Shown here: positions 29,073-39,905 of the stretch, piece by piece
Numbering within the stretch: position 1 is the first letter of the stretch
Layout: the number at the start of each line of letters is the position of its first letter
Assembly (NCBI GenBank): GCA_963737905.1
Contig: CAVTUQ010000025.1
Span: 128,001 to 192,000 of the forward strand
DNA: 64,000 nt
Source: an uncultured delta proteobacterium
Lineage (GTDB): Bacteria; Desulfobacterota; Binatia; UBA9968
Direction of reading: 5' to 3'
The notes under the pieces: generated by a model
Told to the model about the DNA's origin: nothing
What the model saw: only the letters and a program-made list of their open reading frames with translations
Databases searched by the model: none
Made by a program: the position numbers and the translations under genes

Positions 29073-29767
29073 GACAACCGACCTTTCCCCAGTAGTGTTT
29101 CGGCCAATAAAACATCCTCGGCCACGGTAATCTTAATGTTTGTTCTCTCTCCTTCGAGGAGAAACACCGGCTTCCCGATGCCCTCCACCAGCATCGCGTC
29201 ATCGGTTGCTTCGATCGCTTGACGCATCCCCCAATCGTGAGCTTCCATGATGACTTCTTTGCGGAAAACCTGGGGCGTTTGTATTTCCCACAAAGTATTT
29301 CTGGCCGGCGTTGCTTGAACCCAATGTTGGTCCGAAACGACTTTGATTGTGTCTTTTACCGGCACACCGACGACCACGGCGCCTGTTCGATACGCTTCAC
29401 CGACACAGCGGTCGATGAGCGAGGAAGAGACAAAGGGCCGAGCCCCGTCATGAATCACCACGATTTCGCAATTCGAATCCAGCTTCTCGAGCCCGAACCT
29501 AACCGATTCTTGTCGGCTGGCTCCCCCGGCTTGCAGAATCCATGGTCGATGCCGGAGATTAGGGTCGCTTTGAATCAACGTTTGGGTCTGTCCAAGTTCT
29601 TTGCCGGCAACCACTAGAATCACTTTTTCTATACTTCCAGTCGAGAAGAATCGGTCGAGGGTGCGCAAGACCAACGGACGACCCGCGATCGGGAGAAAGC
29701 TTTTGGAAATCGGTCCTCCGATCCGTTTCCCTTCCCCTGCAGCGACTATGATGGTGGTTACATGCAT
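29069..29767 (-). CDS. ispD: 2-C-methyl-D-erythritol 4-phosphate cytidylyltransferase
   Basis: AAGEGKR, GG..RQES, IHDGARP, QTPQ, TDD, NIKIT. Lies downstream of carD. Confidence 0.95.
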   Translation of the reverse strand: MHVTTIIVAAGEGKRIGGPISKSFLPIAGRPLVLRTLDRFFSTGSIEKVILVVAGKELGQTQTLIQSDPNLRHRPWILQAGGASRQESVRFGLEKLDSNCEIVVIHDGARPFVSSSLIDRCVGEAYRTGAVVVGVPVKDTIKVVSDQHWVQATPARNTLWEIQTPQVFRKEVIMEAHDWGMRQAIEATDDAMLVEGIGKPVFLLEGERTNIKITVAEDVLLAETLLGKGRLS

Positions 29768-29848
29768 GTTGGTGTGCGAGAAAACGAAAGAGCCGAGAGG
29801 TGGCTCTCGGCTCCGATCGATCAACTGACTTGTAATTGGATCAATAAC

Positions 29849-30331
29849 TCAATGGGTGAAAATATGGCGCAGCTCTTCCATGATTTTCTCTTCGGAGTGG
29901 GAGCGCGCGATGGAAAGTTCCTTGACCAGCAGATTTCGGGCCGTATCCAACATCTTTCTCTCGCCGAAAGAGAGTTCTTTATCGCCCTTCAACACAAAAA
30001 GGTCGCGCAGCACCTTGGCGATCTCCAGTATCGAGCCCGTTTTGATTTTCTCCGTATATTCTCTATAGCGCCGATTCCAGGTTTGCTGATCCGTTTCGAC
30101 CTTCTTTTGACGTAAAACTTTGTAAACTTTCGAAACCATCGCGCGGTCAATAACCTTACGCAAACCCACGGATTCCACGTTATCAATAGGAATCATGATC
30201 TTCATATCGGTTTCGAGAATCCTCAACATATAGAACTTTCTCTCGGTCCCGGAGATGACGTGGCTCCTGATGGCCTCGATTTCACCCACGCCATGGGCGG
30301 GATAGACGACTTTTTCACCAACCTTGAACAT
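29849..30331 (-). CDS. carD: CarD/CdnL family transcription factor
   Basis: FKVGEKVVYPAHGVG, WNRRYREY, LSFGERKM. Conserved carD-ispD linkage. Confidence 0.95.
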   Translation of the reverse strand: MFKVGEKVVYPAHGVGEIEAIRSHVISGTERKFYMLRILETDMKIMIPIDNVESVGLRKVIDRAMVSKVYKVLRQKKVETDQQTWNRRYREYTEKIKTGSILEIAKVLRDLFVLKGDKELSFGERKMLDTARNLLVKELSIARSHSEEKIMEELRHIFTH

Positions 30332-30568
30332 GGTAACCTCCTAGCGGCGGATCGCTTTCGCGTTGCTTGTCGAACTGCGGCCGATATTGAACTGGCAACT
30401 GGCTAACAAAAGTGTGGAGTTGATCTCTTAAGGTCGATGGGAAGAATATCCGAGAACTGAGCTGGAGCCGGGTACAGAGTCTATTGGACATTCCTTGTTC
30501 CGTTCCACTGGCATGGGGTCCAAAAAAAATCAGCGGCCAAGTATTTCAGACCGCCAGAGGATAAAATC

Positions 30569-30598
30569 ACTATACAACAGGGCAATTTGTTACGTCAA
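30569..30598 (-). promoter_or_regulatory. Candidate sigma70 promoter for carD
   Basis: TTGACG-18 nt-TATAGT, about 235 nt upstream of the carD start. Confidence 0.55.
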
Positions 30599-30711
30599 GA
30601 GGCCCAAGAGCAGCGAGCGGAAACAAAAACAAGTATATTTTCAATAGTTTAGGTATGAAATATCTAATGCTTATATACTTCAGTTGCTACCGGCTATGTG
30701 ACAATAAGGGG

Positions 30712-31155
30712 TCACCGAGGAGCCAGTTCAAGCACCATGATTACGGCATCTTCTCCGTCGTCTGAGTAATAACCCTTTCGCAGGCCCTTGTTCGCGAATC
30801 CAACGGATTCGTACAGTTTTTGCGCGGCGATGTTTGAAACCCTTACTTCAAGTGTTACTCGACATGAGTCGCGGCCGCGCGCCACCGCCACCACCTGCTC
30901 CAGAAGGGTTTGCCCAATGTGTTGACGACGGAACCCGGTATGCACGGCTATGTTGTGGATATCAACTTCCTCGGGCAGGAGCCAAAAAAGAACATAGCCG
31001 ACGATTTTGTCGTTAACCTGTGCCAGGATCGATCGGGCACAGGCGACTTGAAGCTCTTCCAGAAAAAAATTCGAACTCCACGGATGACGGAAGGAAGTCC
31101 TTTCAATGGCCATGACCTCGTCCAGATCGGCTGGGACCATCGACCTGAATGACAC
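30712..31155 (-). CDS. rimI: Ribosomal protein S18-alanine N-acetyltransferase (GNAT)
   Basis: IE..SF..PWS, NIAV, LEVRVSN..A..LY, RKGYY...EDA..M. Confidence 0.92.
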   Translation of the reverse strand: MSFRSMVPADLDEVMAIERTSFRHPWSSNFFLEELQVACARSILAQVNDKIVGYVLFWLLPEEVDIHNIAVHTGFRRQHIGQTLLEQVVAVARGRDSCRVTLEVRVSNIAAQKLYESVGFANKGLRKGYYSDDGEDAVIMVLELAPR

Positions 31156-31170
31156 CCTAAGTCCGGAAAC

Positions 31171-31204
31171 AAAAAAACCACAGGACGTTCTAGATTCCTG
31201 TGGC
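31171..31204 (-). terminator. Terminator-like hairpin after the ferredoxin fusion gene
   Basis: CCACAGGA...TCCTGTGG stem followed by a U-run on the minus strand. Confidence 0.65.
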
Positions 31205-31237
31205 TCGGCCGTGGAGACTATTCCGCAATTGGTTTTG

Positions 31238-32629
<1,392 letters not shown>

Positions 32630-32720
32630 TTAAGAATTAATTACTTGTTTGGTTCTGGGTTGTCAATGATTTCGGCCGTTGTTGCAACTCTCGGAAAGTT
32701 CATGTTACCTATCCATTCAG

Positions 32721-32796
32721 GGCGGCGTACCCAAGTGGTTAAGGGAGAGGTCTGCAAAACCTCGATGCAGCGGTTCGAATCCGCTCGCCGCCTCCA
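32721..32796 (+). tRNA. tRNA-Cys(GCA)
   Basis: GGCGGCG/CGCCGCC acceptor stem, anticodon arm GAGGT-CTGCAAA-ACCTC, GGTTCGAATCC T arm, U discriminator and encoded CCA. Confidence 0.97.
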
Positions 32797-32828
32797 AACT
32801 TGCCAAGGAACACTTGGCCCTTCCAATC

Positions 32829-33087
32829 TCAGCTAATTTCGAGCAAGCGATCCAGTTCCCCGGTGGAGTCAAGTCGCTGGGCTTTCGTCGTAGCCGCCAA
32901 TAGACTGGTCATTGATAAAGATCTGCGGCACGGTTCTCCGGCCGGACAAGCGCTCCATTTCGGCTCTGCGTTCTGGATCATCGGTGACGTCGATTTCTTC
33001 GAACTCAACGGTCTTTGAACGCAGTAGGGCCTTGGCGCGAAAACAGTAAGGACAATAATTTGTCGTATAGATAACGACTCTGGGCAT
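32829..33087 (-). CDS. grxC: Glutaredoxin 3 (apparent +1 frameshift near the 3' end)
   Basis: CPYC, RTVPQIFI, GGYDE. Removing one base at 32883-32885 restores ...EAQRLDSTGELDRLLEIS*. Confidence 0.88.
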
Positions 33088-33180
33088 TCCCGTTGAAGCC
33101 TTGTTAATCTAATAATCGGATATCTTTGCCATTGGCTTTAAATCTTTCTTGAAACAAAAGTCCTTTTTTGCCATTAGTGG

Positions 33181-33780
33181 ATGGTGAAATTGATGGGCTT
33201 GACCGGCGGAATCGCATCCGGCAAGAGTACGGTCGCCGCGATCTTGCGCCGCCTTGGCGCGGCGATTATCAACGCCGATGAATTATCCCGCGAGGTCGTA
33301 CAACCGGAACAAGACGCATGGAAGGAAATCGTCGCAGCGTTTGGTCCTAACATTCTGCAAGAAGACAAGACGCTAGACCGAAGAAAACTAAGACAGCTTG
33401 TCTTCGAGAATTCCGCAGCGCGAAAGAAACTCGAAGCGATCATCCATCCGCGAGTCCGTGCTCTGGCGGAGAGAAGAATCAGCGAGCTAGCGGCGGCCGG
33501 CAGTTCCATTGTTGTCTACGAAGTCCCGCTTCTTTTCGAAGCTCAAATCCATCTTTGGCTTCGCCCCGTGATCTTGGTCGCCTGTGACATTGAGACGCAA
33601 AAGAAAAGGCTGCTCGAAAGAGATCATTTGACGGAGCGCCAAGCTCAACAGCACCTCGATGCGCAGATGAGCTTGGAGGAAAAACGCAAGCTAGCCGACT
33701 ATATCATCGAGAACAACGGCAACCTGGAAGAACTCGAACATCAGGCCCGCGCGGTGTTGCAAAAGATTCAGGCTACTTGA
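33181..33780 (+). CDS. coaE: Dephospho-CoA kinase
   Basis: GLTGGIASGKS, LDRRKL, LEAIIHP, VPLLFE, ADYIIEN. Confidence 0.96.
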   Translation: MVKLMGLTGGIASGKSTVAAILRRLGAAIINADELSREVVQPEQDAWKEIVAAFGPNILQEDKTLDRRKLRQLVFENSAARKKLEAIIHPRVRALAERRISELAAAGSSIVVYEVPLLFEAQIHLWLRPVILVACDIETQKKRLLERDHLTERQAQQHLDAQMSLEEKRKLADYIIENNGNLEELEHQARAVLQKIQAT

Positions 33781-34336
33781 CCCGCTCCAGATACGTCCCT
33801 TCGGAAGGATCCACTCTCACCTTATCCCCCACCTGGACAAATGGCGGGACTTGAATCGTCACTCCCGTCTCTAACTTCGCCGGTTTATAAGACGCGCTCG
33901 CCGTCGCCCCTTTCATCGAGGGTTCCGTATCGACCACCTGAAGGTCAACCGTCGAGGGTGGGCTGACGCCGATGGGCTTGCTGTCGTACAATTCCACTTC
34001 GACCACTTCGTTGGGCAAGAGAAAAGACAATAACTTACCTATATCTTCCGCCGTCAAGGTAATCTGCTCGTAGTCCTCCGTGTCCATAAACGTGTGAAGA
34101 TCGCCTTCGGCGTAGAGATACTGCATCTTTCGGGTCTCTAGCGTAGCTTGTTCGACGCGATCCTCCGAACGGAACTTATACTCGGTCCCAACCCCGGACT
34201 TGAGATTCTTCATCTTCGTCTGCATGAAGCCGCGCTTGTTGCCGGGGGTCAAATGGTGAACGGCAAACACCCGATAGAGTTGACCTTCATGAATAATAAT
34301 CATGCCCGGCCTGAGCTGTGTCGCCTGGATCAACAT
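33773..34336 (-). CDS. efp: Elongation factor P
   Basis: QYLY, FMDTEDYEQ, KGATA...KPAKLETG..IQVP.F, YLER. Tip loop reads TPGNKR. Confidence 0.95.
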   Translation of the reverse strand: MLIQATQLRPGMIIIHEGQLYRVFAVHHLTPGNKRGFMQTKMKNLKSGVGTEYKFRSEDRVEQATLETRKMQYLYAEGDLHTFMDTEDYEQITLTAEDIGKLLSFLLPNEVVEVELYDSKPIGVSPPSTVDLQVVDTEPSMKGATASASYKPAKLETGVTIQVPPFVQVGDKVRVDPSEGTYLERVK

Positions 34337-34429
34337 CTAGATTCTTTCCTTACCAATCTCCACCCTTGTTGTTAACAGTTTATCCCAGCTGCTTCAACGC
34401 GCTTCCATTGACATTCGCGCGTTCTCACT

Positions 34430-35689
34430 TCAGGCGTAAAGACCGCGCCAAAGCATAGCCCGCGCGACGCGATCGATACCGATCATCAATGCAGCTAATC
34501 GCATATCGACCTTTTCTCGCTGGCTCATATGAAGCACCTCGTGGAAGGCCCGAACTAGGATGTCTCGCAGTTTCTGATTCACTTCTTCCTCAGTCCAGAA
34601 AAAATTCTGTAGGTCCTGGACCCATTCAAAATAGGACACCACTACACCACCCGCATTGGCCAAAATATCGGGAATGAGGAAAACCCTCTTCTCCTTGAGA
34701 ACGGCATCGGCCTCCAAGGTTGTTGGGCCATTAGCCCCCTCAGCGAGAATTCGACACTGCAGCCGTCCCACATTTTCCTTCGTGATCTGCATTTCCATAG
34801 CAGCGGGTACTAGGATGTCGCACCCGAGCTCCAGGAGCGCAGCGTTGCTGATTTTTTCGCCGTAGGGACAGCCCTCCAAACTGTGATTTTTGTCGGCCAC
34901 CTCGAGCAACTTTGCGACCGGCAATCCCTTCGGGTCGAAAAAGCCGCCCGTTCGATCGGATACTCCGATCACTTTCACTCCGATGTTGGCAAGTTCTTTG
35001 ACCACTACGGAGCCGACATTGCCAAACCCCTGGACTACCGCGGTGCACTGGATCAGATCGATGCCCAAGTGTTTTGCCGCTTCGATGATCGTGTAGACGA
35101 CACCCCGACCGGTTGCTTCGCGCCTCCCTAGCGTGCCGCCAATGGCCACCGGCTTTCCGGTGACAACCTCGGGAACGGCGTGCCCCTTGTGCTGAGAGTA
35201 GGTATCCATGATCCAGGCCATCACCTGCTCGTTGGTGCCCATATCCGGTGCAGGCACATCCACTTCCGGACCGATGAAATTCAGAATTTCCGCTGTATAG
35301 CGCCGCGTCATGGACTGGAGTTCGTGACGTGAGAGTTCGGCAGGATCACACGAAACACCCCCCTTCCCCCCACCCAACGGCAAGCCTACAAGCGAGCATT
35401 TCCACGTCATCCACATCGCCAGTGCGGACACTTCTCCGAGATTAACTGCGGGATGATAACGAACCCCCCCCTTAAACGGACCCAATACGTCGTTGTGCTG
35501 CACCCGATAACCGGTAAATACGTGGACTCTGCCGTCATCCATCCGAGTTGGCACGCTGACAACTAAGGCCCGCTCCGGCCTCCGCAACCTGGCCGCCACG
35601 TTGGGGTCAAGAGCGAGCTTCGCTGCAGCGATATCGAACTGCTGGACCGCCATCTCGCTCGTCGGGCTTCGCCATTCAACGGTTGCCAT
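34430..35689 (-). CDS. Glu/Leu/Phe/Val dehydrogenase (glutamate dehydrogenase)
   Basis: GYRVQH, GPFKGGVRYHP, GGGKGG, PAPD, VTGKP, QGFGNVG, EGANGP, NAGGVVVSYFEW. GGAGG RBS. Confidence 0.93.
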   Translation of the reverse strand: MATVEWRSPTSEMAVQQFDIAAAKLALDPNVAARLRRPERALVVSVPTRMDDGRVHVFTGYRVQHNDVLGPFKGGVRYHPAVNLGEVSALAMWMTWKCSLVGLPLGGGKGGVSCDPAELSRHELQSMTRRYTAEILNFIGPEVDVPAPDMGTNEQVMAWIMDTYSQHKGHAVPEVVTGKPVAIGGTLGRREATGRGVVYTIIEAAKHLGIDLIQCTAVVQGFGNVGSVVVKELANIGVKVIGVSDRTGGFFDPKGLPVAKLLEVADKNHSLEGCPYGEKISNAALLELGCDILVPAAMEMQITKENVGRLQCRILAEGANGPTTLEADAVLKEKRVFLIPDILANAGGVVVSYFEWVQDLQNFFWTEEEVNQKLRDILVRAFHEVLHMSQREKVDMRLAALMIGIDRVARAMLWRGLYA

Positions 35690-35733
35690 CAAACCTCCGA
35701 TTTCTATCTGGACTGCGAATCTATGCTCCGTCT

Positions 35734-36079
35734 TTACCCCGGCGGCCAACGAAAGTGACGTCCGCCCAACAGATGAAAATGCAGATGAAAAACGGTCTGG
35801 CCCGCGTCAGCGCCTGAATTGACAACCACCCGAAAACCGCTATCGGCAATACCCTGATCGCGCGCCAGTTTCGCGATAACAAGAAAAATCTGACCAACAA
35901 CGGCTTGGTCATTCGCTTCCAGATCCAAAATCGTGGCGACATGCTTGCGCGGCACGATCAAGATATGAACCGGCGCTTGGGGACGGATATCTCTGAAGGC
36001 GACCACGGATTCGTCTCGGTAAACGACATCGCCCTTAACTCGGCCTTCAACAATGCCGCAAAAAAGCACAATCACTCAT
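35734..36079 (-). CDS. HIT family nucleotide-binding protein (apparent frameshift at the 5' end)
   Basis: AFRDIRPQAPVHIL, GQTVFHLHFHLLGGR. Removing one T from the T6 run (36060-36065) gives the canonical MSDCAFCGIV start. Confidence 0.9.
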
Positions 36080-36120
36080 CGAATCATCTCCCTCGACGCA
36101 CTTTAGGCTTTCAATTCGGG

Positions 36121-36498
36121 TCATTCCAATGAGGGGTAGTGGACAAAAATCTTTTCACCCTCCATCTCGAGGGGCACGCTCTGGAGCGAGGCGCCTACGC
36201 ACGGCCCCCAGATACATTCCCCCGTTGCCGGCTCGAAGGTCGCACCGTGGTTGGCGCACATAAGGTAACGGCCATCGAGAGTAAAAAACTGGTTGTCCAC
36301 CCAATCCAACGAAATGCCAATATGGGGACACCGGTTCAGATAGGCGTACAGAGACCCTTGGTAATTGAGGAGCATGCCTTCGACGGTATGTTTCCCGTTG
36401 CCCAAAATAAACTTCTTGCTCATGCCGGGCGCAAGCTCGCCGACTTTGCCGACGAGCTTGCCTCTGACTTGTGCTTTGGCTCGGTTCCTATTTTCCAT
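36121..36498 (-). CDS. Rieske [2Fe-2S] protein
   Basis: CPH...CANHGA.F...G.C..GPC. Confidence 0.9.
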   Translation of the reverse strand: MENRNRAKAQVRGKLVGKVGELAPGMSKKFILGNGKHTVEGMLLNYQGSLYAYLNRCPHIGISLDWVDNQFFTLDGRYLMCANHGATFEPATGECIWGPCVGASLQSVPLEMEGEKIFVHYPSLE

Positions 36499-36977
36499 TA
36501 ATCAGCCAGGTGTGAGATATTTCCTTCCGGGCAGCTCACCAAGATGTCGCCTTGGTCTACGCAAACCGGCAGCCGATAAAGAGACTCGCCTTTACACGGG
36601 CCAGAGATACAGCGCCCGGTTTCACGCTCGTAGAGCGCCCCGTGCGTGTAGCACATGAGATACTGCCCGTCCTCGCTGACAAACTGATCCCGTATAAAAT
36701 CCAAGGGCGTCGCCATATGCCGACAGCGATTCACATAGGCATGAAAGCATCCGCCATCATTCACCAGGAGGCCGGCCACGCGGTATTTCTGACAAATGAT
36801 CCAGAATTTCTTTACTGCGCCCGGCTCCACGTCGGCTACGTGGCCGACGATCCTACCCCCGGCACGGCTCTCCTGCTCCATGCGCCGTTTGTCGCGTAAA
36901 AAAAGGCTCCAATGAATCGCCAGCCCGACGAGATAGGCGACAAGAAAAAAAATGGAAAGATAAATCGTGATCGTCAT
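36498..36977 (-). CDS. Rieske [2Fe-2S] protein with N-terminal membrane anchor
   Basis: Hydrophobic N-terminus, CRH...CYTHGA, GPC. Confidence 0.88.
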   Translation of the reverse strand: MTITIYLSIFFLVAYLVGLAIHWSLFLRDKRRMEQESRAGGRIVGHVADVEPGAVKKFWIICQKYRVAGLLVNDGGCFHAYVNRCRHMATPLDFIRDQFVSEDGQYLMCYTHGALYERETGRCISGPCKGESLYRLPVCVDQGDILVSCPEGNISHLAD

Positions 36978-36997
36978 TTTTGACCAGATTCCGGTCT

Positions 36998-37321
36998 CTA
37001 CTTAGAATCCTTTGTCACCGTATCCCGAATCCGCTTCACTCCCTCTGTCGTTTGCTGGCCGGCGATTCCCATGACTTTCATCAGCTCGGTGGTCATCTCA
37101 GCGGTGACCTGATCCTGAATACTGCCGCTTCCGTCGGGATCAGCCTTGAGAAACGCCATGATCTTTTCTTTGGCAACCCCCGTGCGCTCTAAACCATCGA
37201 GGAACTGTCCATAACCGACTCGGCCCCGTAGTTCTTGAACACACGCCATTAACTTCTTACAGTCGCCACACATGCGGGCCCAAAACGCAGCCCGAGCACC
37301 ACAATAAGCACAGCGTGACAT
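36998..37321 (-). CDS. Hypothetical protein with N-terminal CxxC-x10-CxxC Zn-finger-like motif
   Basis: CAYC...CGDC. Fits the operon between the IMPase-like gene and the Rieske genes. Confidence 0.7.
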   Translation of the reverse strand: MSRCAYCGARAAFWARMCGDCKKLMACVQELRGRVGYGQFLDGLERTGVAKEKIMAFLKADPDGSGSIQDQVTAEMTTELMKVMGIAGQQTTEGVKRIRDTVTKDSK

Positions 37322-37350
37322 CGTAACATTCCCCGGGCAACAACGTTTCT

Positions 37351-38145
37351 CTATTTCTGGACCAGCACCTTGGCCACCAAACCCTGTATTTCGTCAGTCA
37401 GCTTTTCGTTCGCGGCGACGATGCCATGGTGCCGGGTCTCCCGCCGATTGAACAAGAGTGTCTTTCCATTACCATCGACCACCTTGCCCCCCGCCTCCTC
37501 CACCATCAGCGCACCGGCGCAGACGTCCCACTCGTGAATCGACCGGAACGTTAACGTGCCGTCGCCCTCTCCACCGGCGACTTTCGCCAGTCGAAAGGCA
37601 ATGCTGCCAACCGATTGGATTTGACAAAGGTCCACGAAAACTTGAAATTTCCGCAGCGGCTCCGAACGGCTCACCAGCAACAACGCCCCGTGTATTTCTC
37701 GTCGGGGAGTCACGCGTATGCGTTCTTCATTGAGCTCCACCCCTTGTCCCGCGGCGGCTCGGTACAGCCGGTCCTCAATCGGATTATAGATCACCGCCAC
37801 TTTCGGTCGTCCCTCCACAACGAAGCCAATCGAGACGGCAAACTGGGGCACTCCTTCAATAAACTCTTTGGTACCGTCGATGGGGTCGATGATCCAAACC
37901 CGTGATGCAGTCAATCTGCTAGCATCGTCGCTGTCCTCTTCAGAAAGCCAGCCATCCTCAGGGAACCGCCCCTGAATAATTTCACGGATCCTTCGGTTGG
38001 CTTCGAGATCTGCCGTGGTCACGGGGTTGTTTTTGCTTTTCTCGTGGACGTCAAACTTTCCCTTAAAGAGCTTGCTAATGATCAATCCCGCTTCCCGAGC
38101 TGCTCGTTCGGCGGTGTTTAGTTCTTCATCGTATTGGGACATCAT
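37351..38145 (-). CDS. Inositol monophosphatase / CysQ family phosphatase
   Basis: PVTTAD, LSEE, WIIDPIDGT, EWDVCAG...EAGG. Confidence 0.9.
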   Translation of the reverse strand: MMSQYDEELNTAERAAREAGLIISKLFKGKFDVHEKSKNNPVTTADLEANRRIREIIQGRFPEDGWLSEEDSDDASRLTASRVWIIDPIDGTKEFIEGVPQFAVSIGFVVEGRPKVAVIYNPIEDRLYRAAAGQGVELNEERIRVTPRREIHGALLLVSRSEPLRKFQVFVDLCQIQSVGSIAFRLAKVAGGEGDGTLTFRSIHEWDVCAGALMVEEAGGKVVDGNGKTLLFNRRETRHHGIVAANEKLTDEIQGLVAKVLVQK

Positions 38146-38283
38146 AGGGATCCTTATCTTCGCGTATCAGACCGATGGGATCAAATGGATGCCGGATTGT
38201 GCTATTTCGACAGCCAGCCTGACCGAAGGTTGAGCAAGAGGCGAAACGGGTAAAGGTAAAAGTTGGTCGGGATGCTCATGAGT

Positions 38284-38883
38284 CTACGTAGGCTTTTCGA
38301 CAACTTCTGGTAAGTCCGCCGCAATCTCTGCGCCCGCATGAAGCATTTGTCCGATGGCGCGCTCCGAATCTCCAGGCTGCAGATTCACGCCGCGAACAGA
38401 GTCCGTGAGCAAGACAACCTTGAATTTTTCTCTGAGACCGTCGAGCACGGTATGTTTAACGCAATAGTCCGTTGCCAATCCGCCGACAAAAATGCGCTCG
38501 ATACCTCGCTGTCGCAACAGATCAACTAGTTTTGTTCCGCTGTCATTGATTCCGAGAAAGCCTGAATAGCCGTCTTCATCCGCGCCCATTCCGGCTGATA
38601 CGATCACCGTGTCTGGCGGTAGTTGCAAGTCCGGATGAAATTGGGCTCCCTTGCTCCCTTGGATACAGTGCGGCGGCCAAGGACCGCCATACGTGTTGAA
38701 ATGAGTCGTCTTCTCCGGATGCCAGTCGCGAGTGGCAAAGATCGGCAAGCCGGCTTTAGCGAATTGATCCATGTAGCGGTTAAGCACAGGGACAACCTGG
38801 TCGCCGTCCTTCACCGCCAGTGCCCCCCCCGGGCAAAAATCGTTTTGGACATCGACCACAATCAACGCGTCTTTGCTTGGCAT
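38284..38883 (-). CDS. pncA: Nicotinamidase/pyrazinamidase
   Basis: VDVQNDFCPGGAL, DWH, WPPHC, GLATDYCV. Confidence 0.92.
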   Translation of the reverse strand: MPSKDALIVVDVQNDFCPGGALAVKDGDQVVPVLNRYMDQFAKAGLPIFATRDWHPEKTTHFNTYGGPWPPHCIQGSKGAQFHPDLQLPPDTVIVSAGMGADEDGYSGFLGINDSGTKLVDLLRQRGIERIFVGGLATDYCVKHTVLDGLREKFKVVLLTDSVRGVNLQPGDSERAIGQMLHAGAEIAADLPEVVEKPT

Positions 38884-38930
38884 CGATTTCCATTATAGAG
38901 AATGATACTTTGGTTGCAATCGTGAAAGAC

Positions 38931-39638
38931 ATGGCCATCAAGGCAATCTTCTTTGATGCCGCTGGGACACTTATCAGACCCGCTCGAAGGGTTGGGGAAA
39001 GCTACGCCGTCTTTGCGCGAAAATACGGCATCGATGTTTCGGCCGGGGAAATCGCGGAGAGATTTCGTGTTTGCTTTCATTCCGCGCCTCCCCTGGCCTT
39101 TCCCGGTGTCGCCGCAGCACGTATCGAAGATCTAGAGCGCGCCTGGTGGAAACAGCTGGTGCGCCGCGTCTTTGAACCTTGGAACGGGTTTCAGCGATTT
39201 GACGACTATTTTGCCGAGCTTTTTGCTTACTTCGCCCAACCCCAAGCCTGGCTTCTCTATCCGGAGGTCGCAGAAACCCTGTCGGCCTTAGAAAGACGCG
39301 GCATGATCCTCAGTGTAATCTCCAACTTTGACTCGCGTCTGATCGGCATCCTCGAAGGCCTCGGTACAGCGCCTCGGTTCGAGCATATTTTTGTCTCGAG
39401 CCGGGTTGGCTATGCGAAACCCGATCAAGAAATTTTTCACACAGCGCTGAAATGGCACAGTTTGAAAGCCAGTGACGCGCTCCACGTCGGCGATAGTGAA
39501 GATAAGGATCTTCACGGCGCCAACAAGGCCGGCCTGAAGGGAGTGTTGGTCCAACGTAACGGCGAAAGCGATTCGAGTCTTTCGCCACGAATCACGACTT
39601 TGAGCGGCATTTTTTCTCTTTTGGATGACTTAGCTTGA
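38931..39638 (+). CDS. HAD-superfamily hydrolase
   Basis: FFDAAGTL, ISNFD, KPD, HVGDS..D. Confidence 0.9.
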   Translation: MAIKAIFFDAAGTLIRPARRVGESYAVFARKYGIDVSAGEIAERFRVCFHSAPPLAFPGVAAARIEDLERAWWKQLVRRVFEPWNGFQRFDDYFAELFAYFAQPQAWLLYPEVAETLSALERRGMILSVISNFDSRLIGILEGLGTAPRFEHIFVSSRVGYAKPDQEIFHTALKWHSLKASDALHVGDSEDKDLHGANKAGLKGVLVQRNGESDSSLSPRITTLSGIFSLLDDLA

Positions 39639-39905
39639 CGTTAAAAAGCAACTTGACAGGTCGAGACGGCTGCGGTACACGGCTGCTAGCTCTGGAGTTA
39701 AGGGTTAGCGTCCGGTTGGTGACAGGTCGCACAGGGGCCTGATCGACGGAGAAATCCGCCTTGACAGCTACAGCTTGATATTACCCATGACCAGGCGTGG
39801 GCAACGACCTTTTCGGTGAGCAATCTCTCTCACTCTGAGCGGTCTCGGGGCATGGGGGTCGAGAAATTCGGTTGACCGACTCTGTAACCGTAGTATTGGA
39901 AACCC

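Noticed and set aside
32721-32830. tRNA-Cys as an integration site for a genomic island
   Set aside because: No integrase and no duplicated tRNA 3' end were seen, and the flanks are housekeeping genes.
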